The notes beneath the pieces were generated by a model. It searched no databases and was not told the origin of the DNA. It saw only the letters and a list, made by a program, of their open reading frames with translations. A stretch of 62,850 nucleotides of DNA, the filler included, from Octopus bimaculoides (lineage: Eukaryota): the NCBI RefSeq assembly GCF_001194135.2. It is 3 parts of 3 records of this genome, joined end to end, with 100 filler letters (N's around TTAATTAATTAA, not from the genome) between each part and the next. Parts side by side here need not be neighbours in the genome. Positions count along the whole stretch, not along the records: positions 41,543 to 62,850 come from NC_068985.1; 2 more parts are not named here. The stretch is one strand, 5' to 3'. Each line of letters starts with the position of its first letter. Positions within the stretch are counted from its first letter, which is position 1. This document shows positions 61,016 through 62,850 of the stretch, one piece after another. Both the position numbers and the translations under genes were made by a program.

Positions 61016-62850
61016 TATCGTACCATATCTATATATTCAAATAAAATACTCCCTCTGAACGTGTGTTTACCTTTAGCGATTTCCATTGAGGTTTTTATCA
61101 CCTCAACGAGTTTTTAATATTAATATTGCCTTTTGCGCAAATTGCTAAATGTTGGGGCCAAGTTAAATACATCCTCACAGCAGCCCATTCTGCCCTCTCT
61201 GAGGAATATTTACCTCAGGAATTAGCTATACTATTAATAATAAAATGGATGGTTTTAACAAACTTGAATGTTAACAGAAGCCATGAAAAAATTCTTTTGG
61301 ACGGCCCCAAACTTACGAGCCTCATCAGTTTCGGTAAAATTTGCTACCTGAATTCGTATATAATAAATTACAGTTAGATTTAATACAGCTACTGTGAACA
61401 TTAACGTCCGTTTCACATCTGTGTTTTCTAAAGCCTTTCTCTCTATATATATCTGTTATTTTCTTAATTGCCTTATATTTATTTTCATATAAAGATAAAA
61501 TGTTGGAGAGACGGTGAATGGGTGATGCATTGTGCTACATCTGTGAAGACAAATACTCTCTAATGAAAGGAGTCTCTGCATGAAAACTCAATTTAGGTGT
61601 GTGGTGACACACTTCATATAGTAAGACTAATTACTTTCAATGCACTGAGGCTATGGCCGTAATGAGACGAGGCATTATTAGCATAAATGTCGGACTATAC
61701 TTAGTCTCCTCAATCAGTGATCAAACATCAATGCACAAAACCATTTACAAGGCATGTAAAACTAAAGAAAACAAAGGGAGACATCTGCTGAGTGTAAATG
61801 AATCACGAGTGACTAATGTTACAAAGCATTAACCGTTCGCGTTAGCCTTCATAATAAGAAAATAAGACATTGAATGGGGAATCTAACATTAGAAATTCTT
61901 AGGGATATTTATAATCAATGGATGTCTTTGCCGAAATCAATACTTTATTTCACTATAGTTCTATTTAGTATTGTATGTCGTCATCAAATGAATCAAAATT
62001 ATAATTGCATCATTCTTTTTATCTTCTTTCTCAAATAATATATATCTAATACTATCAGTATTAATTCATGTATTGTATTTAATAAATTTTCTTATTCCAG
62101 CTAATATCTACTTCAAGTGAACTCTAACAAATTTACATTGAATTTGTCTCTGATTAGCAAAATATAATTTACTGAAATGCAATTGGGTTAACTGAAAATG
62201 TATTGAATTCAATTTTACTTCTATGCAAAACTATAAATAAATAAAGAAAGAAAGAAAAGAAAAATGACAATATTGGAAATATTCATTTGCATTAAAAACA
62301 GATGAAAACAAATGTACTCTATCAGAAGTTGAAATTAAATATAATGTTTAAGTTTAGAATGACATTTATAATGATTATCTTCTGATTATATATTCCAGAA
62401 ATATACAGAGAAAGCAGACACATGATAAGTGTGAATGTATCGCACGTTTTTTTATTTTATTTTTTTTTTATTTTAATGGAATGTTTAATTTTGGATTAGT
62501 TTAATTTTAAAACTTCTATCATTGGAATTAATTCAGAAACGTTTCTGGAAATGCTTACATAGATATTTAAATTATTAGAATTCGCTGTCTCTAACGAAAG
62601 TTCAACGATATTTAGAGGTAAAATAAGCGCTTCCAGGGAAATGAGGGAAATGCGTATGGGATTTAAATTGAATTTTAACAAGATTTGACGATCCTTCGAT
62701 ATTAAGACAAGATTTTCAATTTCATCAGAGAACACCACTAAAAATGTACTCTTCTTGTGTGTGTGTCTGTGTGTGTGTGTGTGTCTGTCTGTCTGTGTTC
62801 GCGTGTGTGTGCGTATCATTTACATATGCATATATATATATATATATATA

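Overview
AT-rich, microsatellite-dense animal genomic DNA from a gapped draft assembly. The repeat content suggests an octopod cephalopod (inference, not searched). There is one clear protein-coding gene on the + strand: a ~2,180-aa protein with about 19 dispersed C2H2/C2HC zinc fingers and no TGEKP linkers. It is encoded by a 5.8-kb exon (16418-22221) and a terminal exon (22886-23615), and the intron between them splits one finger. The rest is a mosaic of repeats: at least four tRNA-headed SINE families (my labels A-D), RTE-tailed non-autonomous elements, remnants of RTE, R4/Dong and Penelope-like retroelements, three mariner remnants, TTAA-flanked MITEs and a 475-bp foldback element. Best leads: a decayed hammerhead ribozyme at the end of a Penelope-like remnant, a PHD-type finger inside an RTE reverse transcriptase, a 3' stem-loop shared by two SINE families, a Dong fragment framed by oppositely oriented AAT tracts, and a CpG landscape suggesting a promoter at ~5 kb and a domain switch at ~41.5 kb. 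I found no CRISPR array, rRNA gene or true tRNA gene, and no demonstrably new multi-gene system. All translations, alignments and CpG judgements were made by eye, and repeat boundaries are approximate.
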